Source: an uncultured Acidobacteriota bacterium
GTDB lineage: Bacteria > Acidobacteriota > Terriglobia > UBA7540
Length of the DNA: 64,000 bases
Assembly: GCA_963804995.1 (NCBI GenBank)
Contig: CAWDSK010000003.1
Coordinates: forward strand, 1,056,001 to 1,120,000
Direction of reading: 5' to 3'
This document shows positions 31,567 to 42,600 of this stretch, piece by piece; positions within the stretch are counted from its first letter, which is position 1, and every line of letters starts with the position of its first letter. Both the position numbers and the translations under genes were made by a program. Under the pieces are notes generated by a model. It was not told where the DNA came from, did no database searches, and worked only from the letters and a program-made list of their open reading frames with translations.

Positions 31567-32316
31567 ATGCCCGACGAACAAGATGATTCATTGAAAAAAG
31601 AAATGAAAGCGGTTATCAAACAGTGCAATGAAACAGTTGACTCTTTTGATCAACATTACCAGCTCGGCGGGGAGCTGTATGACAAGGGCGACTGGAACGG
31701 AGCGGAATCGGAGTATCGCAGGGCACTTCGCTTGGACCCTACCAGTGAGGATGCGCATATCAGTCTTGGCAATGCACTCCGGGAGAAAGGTGACCGGGAC
31801 GGCGCGGTCGCGGAGTACCGCGAGGCGCTTCGCCTGAACCCCGAAAACTACCTGGCGAGCATCAATCTCAATATGGTAAGCATCCTCGAAAAATGCAAAA
31901 AACTAGATGAAATTGCGGAAAAATGCAATGAGCAAGTGGCAGAATTCGGGCGCCGATACACCGAATGGGCCAGGGCCACCGGGGCGACCCAGTCCCCCGG
32001 TACGTTGTCGGAGCGGACCCAATCTGCCCACAACCGTGGGCGCGGTTCTGAACGGCGTTCCCGGTCAAACGAAGCCGCTAATCGTCGAGAGAGTATGTTC
32101 GGACGGTGCCACCAGTGTGAGAAAAATTACCGAGTTCTTGGCATCAGCCCTAATGCGACAGCCAAGGAGGTTAGTGCAGCCTACAGAGACCTCGCAAAGA
32201 TTTTTCATAGTGACCGCCTCCAGACTTACGAGGACCGCGTAAGACGTAAGGCCGAGGGGGAACTCAAGGAGATCAATGAAGCGTATGCCCACATCTCCTC
32301 GCACTGGAAATCCTAG
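31567..32316 (+). CDS. TPR + CxxC + J-like domain (HSD) protein
   Basis: Two TPRs (HYQLG..YRRALRLDP; AHISLG..YREALRLNP) and a J-like C-terminus highly similar to the upstream gene. Confidence 0.82.
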   Translation: MPDEQDDSLKKEMKAVIKQCNETVDSFDQHYQLGGELYDKGDWNGAESEYRRALRLDPTSEDAHISLGNALREKGDRDGAVAEYREALRLNPENYLASINLNMVSILEKCKKLDEIAEKCNEQVAEFGRRYTEWARATGATQSPGTLSERTQSAHNRGRGSERRSRSNEAANRRESMFGRCHQCEKNYRVLGISPNATAKEVSAAYRDLAKIFHSDRLQTYEDRVRRKAEGELKEINEAYAHISSHWKS

Positions 32317-32330
32317 CGACGAACATCTTT

Positions 32331-33308
32331 TTGAAAGGCTGGCTGCCGCCCCTCCCAATTTGGTGGAAAAGGAAACTGCGACAGTTCACAAAGCACTGCG
32401 GCCGTGATGTGGAGCCAGCGGCCGGGACCAGCATCGTTGCTCAGACTCCGCCCACTATTCCGCCGGGTGCAGAAAGGCTCAATCCCAAGGACGGGCTAAA
32501 ATACGTGTGGATCCCGCCGGGGACTTTTATCATGGGCTGCGCGCAGGGGGATAATGAGTGTGGCGAGGAGGAATTCTGGGGGGATGAAAAGTGTGAGCAT
32601 TGTGACGAAATCCCGCACCAAGTGACCATTACCAAAGGCTTCTGCCTGGGGCAGACGCAAGTGACGGTGGGTGCGTACAAGCGGTTCGCAGTAGCCCAAG
32701 GGCGGCAAATGCCTCCTGAGCCAGATTATGAGGGGAGGCCGCTCAATCCTGGCTGGGGTAACGACGCCATGCCCATGGTCGATGTGTCATGGGATGATGC
32801 GCAGGCATATTGCCGTTGGGCAGGAGGTCGGCTGCCCACTGAGGCGGAGTGGGAGTATGCGGCGAGGGCCGGGAGCACTGACTCGCGGTATGGCGACCTG
32901 GATGAAATTGCCTGGCACGGGGGCAACAGTGGGCGGCAACGCTTGGGCGACGCCACAATTTGGAAGGATGCCCGAGTTAGGGATAAGCGCTACATCGAGA
33001 ACGGCAACGGCATGCACGAGGTCGCTCAAAAGCGCGCCAACGACTTCGGGCTGTACGACATGCTGGGGAATGTGGAGGAGTGGGTGAACGACTGGTATGA
33101 CTCGGACTATTACAAGAAGAGCCCGTCTCGAAACCCTACCGGGCCGACGAGCGGGGGAAAGTACGACGGGTCTCGCCGCTCTTGCCGTGGCGGATATTGG
33201 GGCAACACTCCCATGGAAACACGGGTGTCGAAGCGCTCCAGTTGCCATCCAGGCGCCAGGGTCTACTTTATAGGGTTCCGTTGTGGCGGAGAAGTGTTTG
33301 CTCCTTAA
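32331..33308 (+). CDS. FGE-sulfatase (SUMF1/C-type lectin fold) domain protein; start uncertain
   Basis: IPPGTFIMG, RLPTEAEWEYAARAG, GLYDMLGNVEEW, RGG and GFRC motifs. Confidence 0.88.
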   Translation: MKGWLPPLPIWWKRKLRQFTKHCGRDVEPAAGTSIVAQTPPTIPPGAERLNPKDGLKYVWIPPGTFIMGCAQGDNECGEEEFWGDEKCEHCDEIPHQVTITKGFCLGQTQVTVGAYKRFAVAQGRQMPPEPDYEGRPLNPGWGNDAMPMVDVSWDDAQAYCRWAGGRLPTEAEWEYAARAGSTDSRYGDLDEIAWHGGNSGRQRLGDATIWKDARVRDKRYIENGNGMHEVAQKRANDFGLYDMLGNVEEWVNDWYDSDYYKKSPSRNPTGPTSGGKYDGSRRSCRGGYWGNTPMETRVSKRSSCHPGARVYFIGFRCGGEVFAP

Positions 33309-33410
33309 GCGATGAAGTGACGCGGAGGAGCGTAGAAATCGCGCACCTCCGCGCTACCGGCTACCCATGGGTCCTGGGAGGCATTCGGTGAGGGGAAGCG
33401 AGAGGGCCCC

Positions 33411-34571
33411 TTAGGTCAGCTCAGACACTGGCAACGCCCGGAATCCCTTGCCGAGCGGAAAACTATTGGGCGTGCGGCAGACCACGGCGCCGCTGGCCAC
33501 CCTCGCTTTCCCCACAGCTTTGCTTACAAACTCCAGGTTCACGGCGTCACTCGGGTCCGGCAATTCGGTCCACTTCGCTTCGAAGAGTTCCAACTTTCCG
33601 CCCCTGTCCACCACGAAATCCACCTCGCGCGTGCGGTCACGCCAGAAGAACAGGCTACCGGCGCGTCCGGCTCTCCGTTCACGGCCGCGCAGTTGGGCGC
33701 AAACAAAGGTTTCCCAAATCGCTCCCGCTGCCGGTGACTCGCGCAGGGCATCTTCCGAACGGATATTCAATAATGAGCAAAGCACGCCGGTATCCGCCAG
33801 GTAGAGTTTCGGGCTTTTGACGATGGACCTGGTGCGGTTGGCGAACCAGGGCTCCAGCAGCACAACCTGCCCGGAAGCCTCCAGAGTTGACAGCCACTGG
33901 TTCGCGGTGGAAGGAGCGATCCCGACGTCGCGCGCCAGATCCGCCTTGTTCAGCAGGTTTCCGGAACGCAGGGCGCAGGCGCGCAGGAAGCGTTCAAAGT
34001 CCCGCAGGCTGCCCACATTGGCTATCGAGCGCACATCCCGTTCCAGATAAGTGGCCAGATACGAGTTGTAAAAGGCTACGGAGTCAATGTCCGGGTTGGC
34101 GTGCAGCTCCGGAAAACCGCCCCGTACGATCGTCGCCTCCAGGCCGGATCGGGGCAGCGCGGCCTGGATCTCCGCCCAGGTGAGGGTTTCCAATTCCACA
34201 ATGTCAGCCCGCCCCGCCAGGGACTCCGAAACATTCTTCATCAAAGTGAATTTCTGTGAACCCGTCAGCAGGAACTGCCCGTGGCGCGTGCGATGGGCGT
34301 CAACCTTCACCTTCAAATGCCGGAATAGCCCGGGCGCGTATTGGACTTCATCGATAATCACCGGCGCCGGGTGGCGGCGAAGGAAGTTGTCAGGCTCTTT
34401 TTCCGCCTGTTCCGCTTCCGTCGGCAGGTCGAGCGAGACAAACCCATATTGCGGAAACAGCCTCAGCAGGGTGGAGGTTTTACCCGTCTGCCGGGCGCCG
34501 GTCAGCACCACCACGGGCCGGGTTCGCGCCGATCGTAGGACGCGGGGTTCGATGTCGCGTGGTATCCACAT
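33411..34571 (-). CDS. AAA_14/DUF4143 ATP-binding protein
   Basis: GARQTGKT, IIDEVQ, LTGS, ESLAGR, KSPKLYLADTG and EVDF..EAK motifs. Confidence 0.92.
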   Translation of the reverse strand: MWIPRDIEPRVLRSARTRPVVVLTGARQTGKTSTLLRLFPQYGFVSLDLPTEAEQAEKEPDNFLRRHPAPVIIDEVQYAPGLFRHLKVKVDAHRTRHGQFLLTGSQKFTLMKNVSESLAGRADIVELETLTWAEIQAALPRSGLEATIVRGGFPELHANPDIDSVAFYNSYLATYLERDVRSIANVGSLRDFERFLRACALRSGNLLNKADLARDVGIAPSTANQWLSTLEASGQVVLLEPWFANRTRSIVKSPKLYLADTGVLCSLLNIRSEDALRESPAAGAIWETFVCAQLRGRERRAGRAGSLFFWRDRTREVDFVVDRGGKLELFEAKWTELPDPSDAVNLEFVSKAVGKARVASGAVVCRTPNSFPLGKGFRALPVSELT

Positions 34572-34577
34572 GTGCAT

Positions 34578-34606
34578 AATATGCGATACAATCGAATATA
34601 TTGCAA
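34578..34606 (-). promoter_or_regulatory. sigma70-like promoter, probably leaderless transcript
   Basis: TTGCAA-17 nt-CATATT, with 6 nt before ATG 34571. Confidence 0.5.
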
Positions 34607-34902
34607 GAGCTTCTCCGCTGAGTGGGGTAGCCACGGGATCGCCACGGCTGAAAGTCCGCCGAGCTTGGGCGACCGTTCGCACAGGCCAGCGCCGCCCCCA
34701 CGCCAGAAGCCGGCCCTGGGGCGCAGGGCGCTGGTCCGTGCCTTGGGTTGGCTTCCGCAGATCGGGTAGCGCAGGCGTATGCGTTGTTTGCTTTCGTCTG
34801 CGGCCCTTCAATGGCCCTTGGAATGTCCTCTAGGGATGTTAATGCCATGGTTGATGTTTCCATGTTAAGAACCGCGGAGGAAGGCAAAAGACGCCCACCT
34901 GC

Positions 34903-36198
34903 TCACCGTGCTATCGGCCGGGGCTCTGTGGGGAAAGCTGCGCGCGCGGCGGTTGGCTGAGGGGGATTCATCATTCCCAGCCAGAGGTCGCGTGCGGCCG
35001 CGAATTGGCTCCATTGTGCATCGGGGACCGGAGCGGCGGGCGGCAGTTGGAGCTTGGCGAAGTTAAGGAATACGCCGTGGCGGCAGATGCGGAAATCAAG
35101 ATGGGGACCGGTGGCGAGGCCGGTTTGCCCGACCAGTCCGATCCGCTGGCCCTGCGTCACGCGCTGTCCGGCATGGACCAGGAGGCGCGAAAGGTGGAAG
35201 TAGTAAGTCTGATATCCCTTCTGGTGTTGAAGGCAGATGGCCGTGCCCGCCTCGCCGTGCCAGCCGGCGTAAACCACGCGCCCGTCCGCCACGGCCTGAA
35301 CCGGCGTTCCCACCGGGGCGCCGTAGTCGATGCCCAGATGCGGCCGGTAAACCTTCAAAATCGGATGAAGGCGATTATTGCTAAAACGGGATGTAATGGG
35401 CGCCGTGTACAGGAGAGGCGAATGCAGGAACGTTTTGCGCAGCGATTTGCCCTCCGGGGTGAAATACTCCGGCTTCCCCTCGGAATCGCAGAACAGGACC
35501 GCCTGATAGTTTTTTCCGGCATTGACGTATTCCGCCGCGAGAATTTGTCCGTAGCTGAGCACCTGGCCATCGAGTGAAGTTTTCTTCTCCACCAGCACCC
35601 GGAACGTATCCCCGGGCTGAGGATCGGTGTAGAAATCGAGGTCATATTGGAAGATTTCGGCCAGCCGCAAGGCCAGTTCGGGTTTTTCTCCAGCCCCGGT
35701 GACAGCGTTGAAAAGAGAATCGTGGATCTGGCTCGCCACCACCAGCTTTCGCGTGTTGGAAGGAATCACCTCAATCCGGGCTTGGAAGTTGTCGCCCTGG
35801 GTCGTGATGCAAAGCATGCGGTCGTTATCGATTCGGTAGTCTACGGCGCGGATCCCGTCGGCGGCGGAGCGGCCCACGGCCACGGAATGTCCGGCGGTAA
35901 ACCCGCGGAAATCAAACACCGGTTTCGCGCAGGCGACCAGTTTCGATATCGTGCCCAGGTCGGCTCCCAGATCCGAGAGCACGCTCGCGAAGGTCTTGCC
36001 GGATTCCACCTGCTCAATCCGGAACACGATTCGGCGCCGGGCGATTTCTTTCGCCGACTGGAGCGCCAGCTCCGCTTGCTGTGCCAGAGATCCTTCGGCC
36101 GAGCGGCGCACATGTATCGAGAAAAGGGCGAGACATATCCCCGGGGCAGCGAAAATCAGGCAGACCAAAAAGAATCGAGGTTTCACAATATGTCCCAT
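34903..36198 (-). CDS. M23 family peptidoglycan endopeptidase (MepM-like)
   Basis: HLGIDY, YFHL and TGPHLDF zinc motifs; N-terminal TM. Confidence 0.92.
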   Translation of the reverse strand: MGHIVKPRFFLVCLIFAAPGICLALFSIHVRRSAEGSLAQQAELALQSAKEIARRRIVFRIEQVESGKTFASVLSDLGADLGTISKLVACAKPVFDFRGFTAGHSVAVGRSAADGIRAVDYRIDNDRMLCITTQGDNFQARIEVIPSNTRKLVVASQIHDSLFNAVTGAGEKPELALRLAEIFQYDLDFYTDPQPGDTFRVLVEKKTSLDGQVLSYGQILAAEYVNAGKNYQAVLFCDSEGKPEYFTPEGKSLRKTFLHSPLLYTAPITSRFSNNRLHPILKVYRPHLGIDYGAPVGTPVQAVADGRVVYAGWHGEAGTAICLQHQKGYQTYYFHLSRLLVHAGQRVTQGQRIGLVGQTGLATGPHLDFRICRHGVFLNFAKLQLPPAAPVPDAQWSQFAAARDLWLGMMNPPQPTAARAAFPTEPRPIAR

Positions 36199-36249
36199 GC
36201 TTCAGCCTGGGCAGCTACCGGCGCAGTGCGTCTCAAATCGTGGTGCGTA

Positions 36250-36900
36250 GGATTGCCATGTTGTGCCTTAGCTCGCACCTGTCCCCAAAGGTCGGGACGC
36301 TGCAAGTCCGTGACACGGCACACCAGCGGCAGGATACCGCACGCCGGGCGGGAGCCGAAGCACTTTCTTGGGCGTGGCACAGCCACTCCTGGCTGTGTCG
36401 CTAAGCTCGAACCTCAACCCACATTCACAGGCAGGAGTGCCTGTGCTACCACGGGCGGCTGGGCCACGCCTACTTCTTCGCCACGATACATTCACTCAAT
36501 CGGCGCACGAAGAACCGCGGACCTCAACGGCGGAGGTCCGCGCTACGAGGTTTGCTCCCTCGGTATCGTTAGCACTATGCGTAGCGCGGTCCCCCGGTTT
36601 TGGGGTCCGCGGTTCTTCATGTGGCAAACCCACGAATCTCAGACGGTCGCGCCGCAACTATTTCTTCGTCACGATACATCTGCTCAAGTGGCACAGGAAG
36701 AGCCGCGGACCTCAACGGCGGAGGTCCGCGCTACAAGAGGGCTAAATCGCAGAACTGAGCTCGTTCTGCGCCAGCCGGCCGCGGAGGAAGGCAAAAGACG
36801 CCCACCTCCGCGCTACCTGCTTCGTGGTGCTTTCCTTGATTGCGGGTGGGATGCTGGCAACGCGCTGGAATTACAAGCGCGTAGCGCAGCAGAATTAGGC
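36250..36900. repeat. mosaic cluster of several REP families
   Basis: Multiple GTAG/CTAC hairpins; about 36540-36750 is near-identical to about 45915-46122. Confidence 0.8.
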
Positions 36901-36960
36901 GCGCAGCAACTTACCCTGCGGCCCGTCGATAGTTGGGAGCGGCCGCCTCTGTTCCCTTCC

Positions 36961-39543
36961 CTACTTCCAATTCACGAACAACGGTGAGGACCAGGCAATC
37001 ATGCCGTCTTTTTGCAGGAGCCGCACGTAGTAGTAGTGACGTCCGCCGTCCGTGTTGGCTTCTTGATAATTCAAACTCACCTCTTGCTGGTTTGGCTCCT
37101 CGGAATGGATGACCTTTCCGTCCTTGAGCATATCCACCTTCAAAATGACTGCTGTCCCGCGGGCTTTGACGCGTATCGGTGGAAGCGGACCGGAACTGCT
37201 CACCAAGTCCCCCATGAAGTGCTCGCCCATCCGCACCTCCAGCAGAATATTATCGGTGGCCCCATAGGTGTGCCGCTTGCGGAAAGCGTTGAGGATCCCC
37301 TCGCGCGTCGGATCGTCCGTGTAAACCATCGCATAAGAGATGTGCGTGGAGACGTGATCGGAGCTCGCAATCACCCCCAGGCGGTATCCCTTTTCCCAGG
37401 CGTTCACGACCATTCCTTCCGGTCTGTTCGTATTCATGACATCGGGCCAGGGCGGAATGGAGCGCGCGGCCTCTTGCGCTTCTTGCTCGGTAAGACAGTA
37501 AGGCGCGCCAGCCTGCTCGTAGCATTTCCGCAGGCCCTGGAAAATCTCCACCACCGGCTCCACATCGGGGTGGGGGTCCCGCCAGTCGGTCCCCATGCCC
37601 GTGCCGGTCGTATGCGGAATGGTTATGCCGTGACGTGCGCCCACGTCGTCGTGAAGCAATTGAATGTCATTCTCAACGAGTAGACCACTTTCGTCGGCGG
37701 GCTCATCACCTTCCGAGCTAAGGGGCAGGGTGTAAAATCCCACCCCGCGGCGCAAGAAGAAAGGAACCATATGGGCATCCGCGCGCCGGGGATAGAATAC
37801 GTTCCGGTGCCCAAACGGAAAACTGGCGCTCCGCTCGTAGGCATAGAAACCCACGTAGGTTCCGGGAATATGATACATGTCGGTCATCTTGAGCGAGTAC
37901 CACCACCAATACGGCCAGGCGCCGCCTTGGTGATCCGTGTTGGCGCCAAAGTCCAATGAGCCGGCATCGAGCATATAACGATAGAAATCCTGCAAAGACC
38001 CATCCATGCGTCCTCCCTCGTCCCAGCTCAGTTCGGTGTGACGATGAAAGTCGCCGCGCAACAGGCGATGCTCCTTGCCGTCAATGGTGGCTCGATGCTG
38101 GCGGATGATCTCTAAATCATGAGTTTCCTGCGTCGGTCCGGGTGCAGGTTGTGCCGTCTCTTCTTCCGCGGGCTTTAGCTCCGCCGGTCCCTTCGCAGTG
38201 GGGGCAAGAATCATGCCCGCGTAGACCTGTTGGCGAATGGGGCGATGATAATAAGCGACCGTCCGATTGTCGGTGGGCCAAGTCAGCCAAAGATCGTGGT
38301 TGGGCGCGAGCGCCGCGTTTAGGCGCGTGCTGGATCTTCCTTTGCTGGCGGGCAAGGGATTGGGCTCGGACCAGCGGTTTTGATCCAAATGCGTTACCCG
38401 ATACTCCCAGTAGCCATACTGGTTTTCCCAGGTCTCCCAGAAAGCCTCCTTTTGGGGATAAGCGGGACGGTATTTCGCCAGCTCCCGCACCTTGGCAACC
38501 ACCCATACCGATCCCGCCCCGTCTGAAAAAACATGCGGTTGATAGGTGTCCGATCCTGTGAATGCCCCCGCAAGCTCTGCCTGCGGCTCCAGCCACTTTC
38601 CATTCTCGTAGCAGCGAATCTTTGGTTCGCGGAAACCTCCCAAGGGCACCCCAATCTGCCGTCCAGCTAGAATTTGCCCTTGATCCTTGCCCCAATTCGG
38701 GTGTCCTGACTCCCAAGCAACCCAGACGCGGTCCAAGGTGTCCACGGCCAAGGTAGCCCGCGCGTCGAAACGCGGAGTGGTGGCGACGGGTATTTCTTCG
38801 CCCACTTTCCCACCTCGAACTGGAGTGAGAAACACATCGTAGTGCCCATTCTTATAACTGTCGTAAGCCACCCAGACGGTGCCCTTGCCGTCCATGGCGA
38901 CCGAGGGCTCCCAGTCATTCGCCTCCCGTTGGGTAACGCGAATCTCTTCCGACCATTTCTCGCCCTCCAGGGTGCGTAGGAAAATATTGCTGCTTGCCCT
39001 TGTAGACGGTGGCGAGTGCCGCCGGAAGCCTTGCCAAACTATTGCCGCCCTTCCTTTGCCGTCTGACCAGACGCGCGGATTGATGTCTGGCAAAGGGTCT
39101 GATGTCAATTGTTCGAGCGCACTCCATTTTTGACGGGCCGGATCAAACCGGCGCGCGTAGATATCCCACTGACCATTAACTTGCTGCGACCAAACCACCC
39201 AAACTCGGTTGGAGGAGTCCGCCGCCACATGGGGGAGCCAACTGTCACCACTCGTCCCCGGCACCCACTGGAGGTTTTGCCAGATGTTATCCTTGTAAGC
39301 GCGGATGGCCACGTCATCCCGACTGCCGTCAAAGGTTAGCCAAGCCACCCACACGGTACCGTCGGGCGCTATGGCAATCGAAGGCATATCATCTTGGCGG
39401 TACTCATGACCCACGGGGATGGCATTAACTGTGCCACCTTCAGCAAGCCACTTAATCGGCAGAGCGGGCAGGGCCAGTCCCCCCAGGCCCGCGCCCGCCG
39501 TCATCCCGAAGAACCCTCAACGTGTGAGCTTCTTTTTTCCCAC
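36961..39543 (-). CDS. beta-propeller + PHP-like metallohydrolase (DUF3604-like); in-frame TGA at 39517-39519 in the Tat signal, alternative start at 39504
   Basis: GDFHRHTELSWD, TDH, GHRNV, IPHT, ASSDH and AWSSP motifs. GGGGAG-GTG start gives MGKKKLTR*GFFG. Confidence 0.72.
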
Positions 39544-39632
39544 GTTCTCCCCTTGGGTGGTCATGGATAGTTCCCACCCTCTACGCGTATTAGGATGTTT
39601 GCATCCGATACCACTGAGTGGGAATAGCCGTT

Positions 39633-42600
39633 TCAAAAGTAAAGCTTCATCGCCACCTGGCCGACACGCGGGCTACGTGCCGACGTCACTAGTCCAAACA
39701 CCGAGGAAAGAAAGTTGCCACTTGGATTATTGAACTGTGCGTGGTTAAAGGTATTGAAGAACTCTCCCCGGATTTGGAGGCTCTTCGATTCGGTCAGTCG
39801 CAAATTCTTCGTAAGTGCCAAATCCCAGTTATTGAGCCCCGGTCCATGAAAAAAGCGCTGACTCGCGGTACCCAACTGCCCGAATAGTCCAGGGCTGAAC
39901 AGCGAGGTATTGAAGTAATCCGGGCGGGTCCGCGGGTCCCTAAAATTCATCGGGCCAGGCGTAAAGTTAGGCGTGTCGACGTTTTGACCCGCGCCCCCTG
40001 TGTCCATGCCTAACAACGAGTGGTCATCCCGCTCACTAATGAAGACGGGCAAGCCAGTTGTAAAACGGGTGATGCCAGCGATGATCCAACCACGAGTCGC
40101 CCGGTTTTCTCGAAACAACTTGTCACAGGGTAGCTCATAACTGTAACTTGCAACGAAATTATGCGTCATGTCGAAGGATGAAAGACCTTTGGATAAGTGG
40201 CCGTTAACTGGATTGATGGTCAGTCCGCCCGTACCGTAACTTGATGCGTCGTCCAGGGATTTGCTGTAAGTATACGCCGCCAGCCATTCCAGACGGCCGG
40301 AGGTATGGCGGAGCGTAGCCTCCAGGGCGTTATAGTTGGAATTAGCTATGGTCGTAAAAACCACATCGCTGCCAAAAGCAGGACCCAATGGCGATCGAGT
40401 ACTGTTGATAACTCCACCGCCAATGGGATAATAGATCCCGTTTTCTCCAAATTGTGCGCAAGTGGGGGTTCCCGCAACCACCTGGCTTGGTTGACTCACA
40501 CTCAGACACAAAGCTGGATTCCCTACGTTGGCCCCCAAACTGGCAAGAAGGTGATGTGCTTGGGTTCCCACATAACTAATACTCAGCAGCGTTTGAGCCC
40601 CAAACTGGCGTTGGACCGAGAAATTGTAATGTTCGGTCACAGGGAGGACGTTCTTGGTAAAGAAACCCGGAGAATTCGTAATGGGCTCATACTGAGCCCA
40701 GTTGACGTTCGGATCGGGGTTGGAGGCTGAGACATTGAGAGGAGGAAAACTGATCGGGAAGCGCTGTCCTTCGTTATTTCCCGTATTGAGTTCGATGAAA
40801 GGCGTAGCAAAAAGTACTGGAGCGGGATTAACCCAAAAGAATCCATAGGGAGCATCACCTACTACGTTGTTTAGGTCTACGGCATCCCCAAAAGAAGTGT
40901 AAAACATCCCCCAGCCTGCTCGAATACTGGTGCTCCCAGAATCACCAAAGAGCTTGTGGGCTAACCTTCCCTCGCCTCGCGGGGAGTAAGCAAGACCGAC
41001 TCGCGGTGCAAAATTGTCATAGCGCGTTGGGGCGACGGTAGAAGGAATCCCCGGGTCTCCAGGCACAAGCAACCCTTTCGGTGCAGTGGGAAAGACAACC
41101 GACTGTGCACCAGGCACCAATGTCTCAAGTTCGCTGTGCTCTTCCCACCAAGGACTGCTCGCTTCCCACCGGAGTCCGTAGTTAAGCGTTAGGCTGCGTT
41201 TGGCCCGCCAACTGTCCTGGATATACAGCGCATAGTATCGGCTACGCGAATAGACATTCAGCTGCAGACCCTGATAGTATTGTGTCGGGGCACCCAGCAG
41301 GAAATCTGCAAAGTCATCCCCAGTCTGTGTTCCACTGAAAACAAACTGGCCATTGGCCTCCGACCAGCTGGATTCGTTGATCTGCGCGTAATGATAGTCC
41401 CCGCCGAACTTTATCGTATGAGTTCCAGACACTATCGCGTAATTGTTGAGCACTTGATAGGTGTTGTAATTGAAGGTTGTATAATCGGAGACCATCCCGA
41501 ATGCAAAGTTGTTTAAACTGACGGGAGGAACGCCCTCGATCGGAGGGTACAAGGGAACTATTCCTGGAGTGCTCGCCCCTGTCACGAAACCTAGGGAACT
41601 CAGACTTGGGCCAGCTCCGCCAAGAGGTTTGTCGGCCCCGAGAGCGTTACGCATATAGGATAGACGGAGTTCGTTAACTTTAGAACCTCCAAAGGACTTA
41701 GTGTCGCCTAAGTTGAGCAGCTGTGCCCGAGCAGGGCTGATAGCCCCAAAACCAGGCACCGTTGACTGGGGATAGGGGTTAACGAGACTATCATCGTCCA
41801 TAAAGTAGTACCCCGAGAGCATCCCAATGCGAGTATTTCCATCCAGCCGGGCGCCCCCCTTGTCGTCCCTTAACGTTTGATCATAGGCTGAAGTTGAAAA
41901 AAATCCGCTGCCAACGTTGGGCGTCGGAATGTATGGCATCAAATGTGACACGGGAGCCGCCCAGGCAGCTTGAGGTATGGAAGCATTTGGGAAAACACAT
42001 TGCGCGGAAGAAGTACAGCCACTGGAATAGTAAGGTTCACCGGATGTCACTGGGTAGCCCAGGCTTTGGGAGAGGAGACTAGCAAAGTACGGTCCGCTGA
42101 CCGACCCGGTCAGCCCGCTAGCAGCGTCGGCCAAGTTTCCCAGGCGATCCTGAGCCGATGGAACAGGAATAAGTCCGGTGTCCACGCCCACAACCTGGCG
42201 TGTTCCTTGATAGTCCGCAAAAAAGAATACCTTGTCCCGGCGTATGGGCCCTCCAAACGTTCCTCCAAATTGGTTCTGGTGGAGGGTTCCTCGACCAGGC
42301 GAAAAGAAATTGCGCGAGTCCATATCAGAGTTACGCAGAAAGTCGAAAGCGTCGCCGTGAAATCGGTTGGTGCCGGATTTGGTTACGACGTTGATCAATC
42401 CTCCACTATAATTCCCATATTCCGCATCAAAGTTATTGGTCAAAATTCGGAACTCGGCTATTGAGTCGATGTTGGGAATAATTGCCGCCCCGTTAAACTT
42501 CCCCTCCTCAACGGTCCCTCCATTTACCATGAATCCGTTGGCTTCCTCTCGCTGGCCGCTGATTGAAAGATTTCCAGGATTCAAATCTCCTGAAACCTGA

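Noticed and set aside
33170..33308. FGE/CLec C-terminus as a diversity-generating retroelement target
   Set aside because: No template repeat or DGR-type RT was seen in the window; both RTs are intron maturases within full intron structures.
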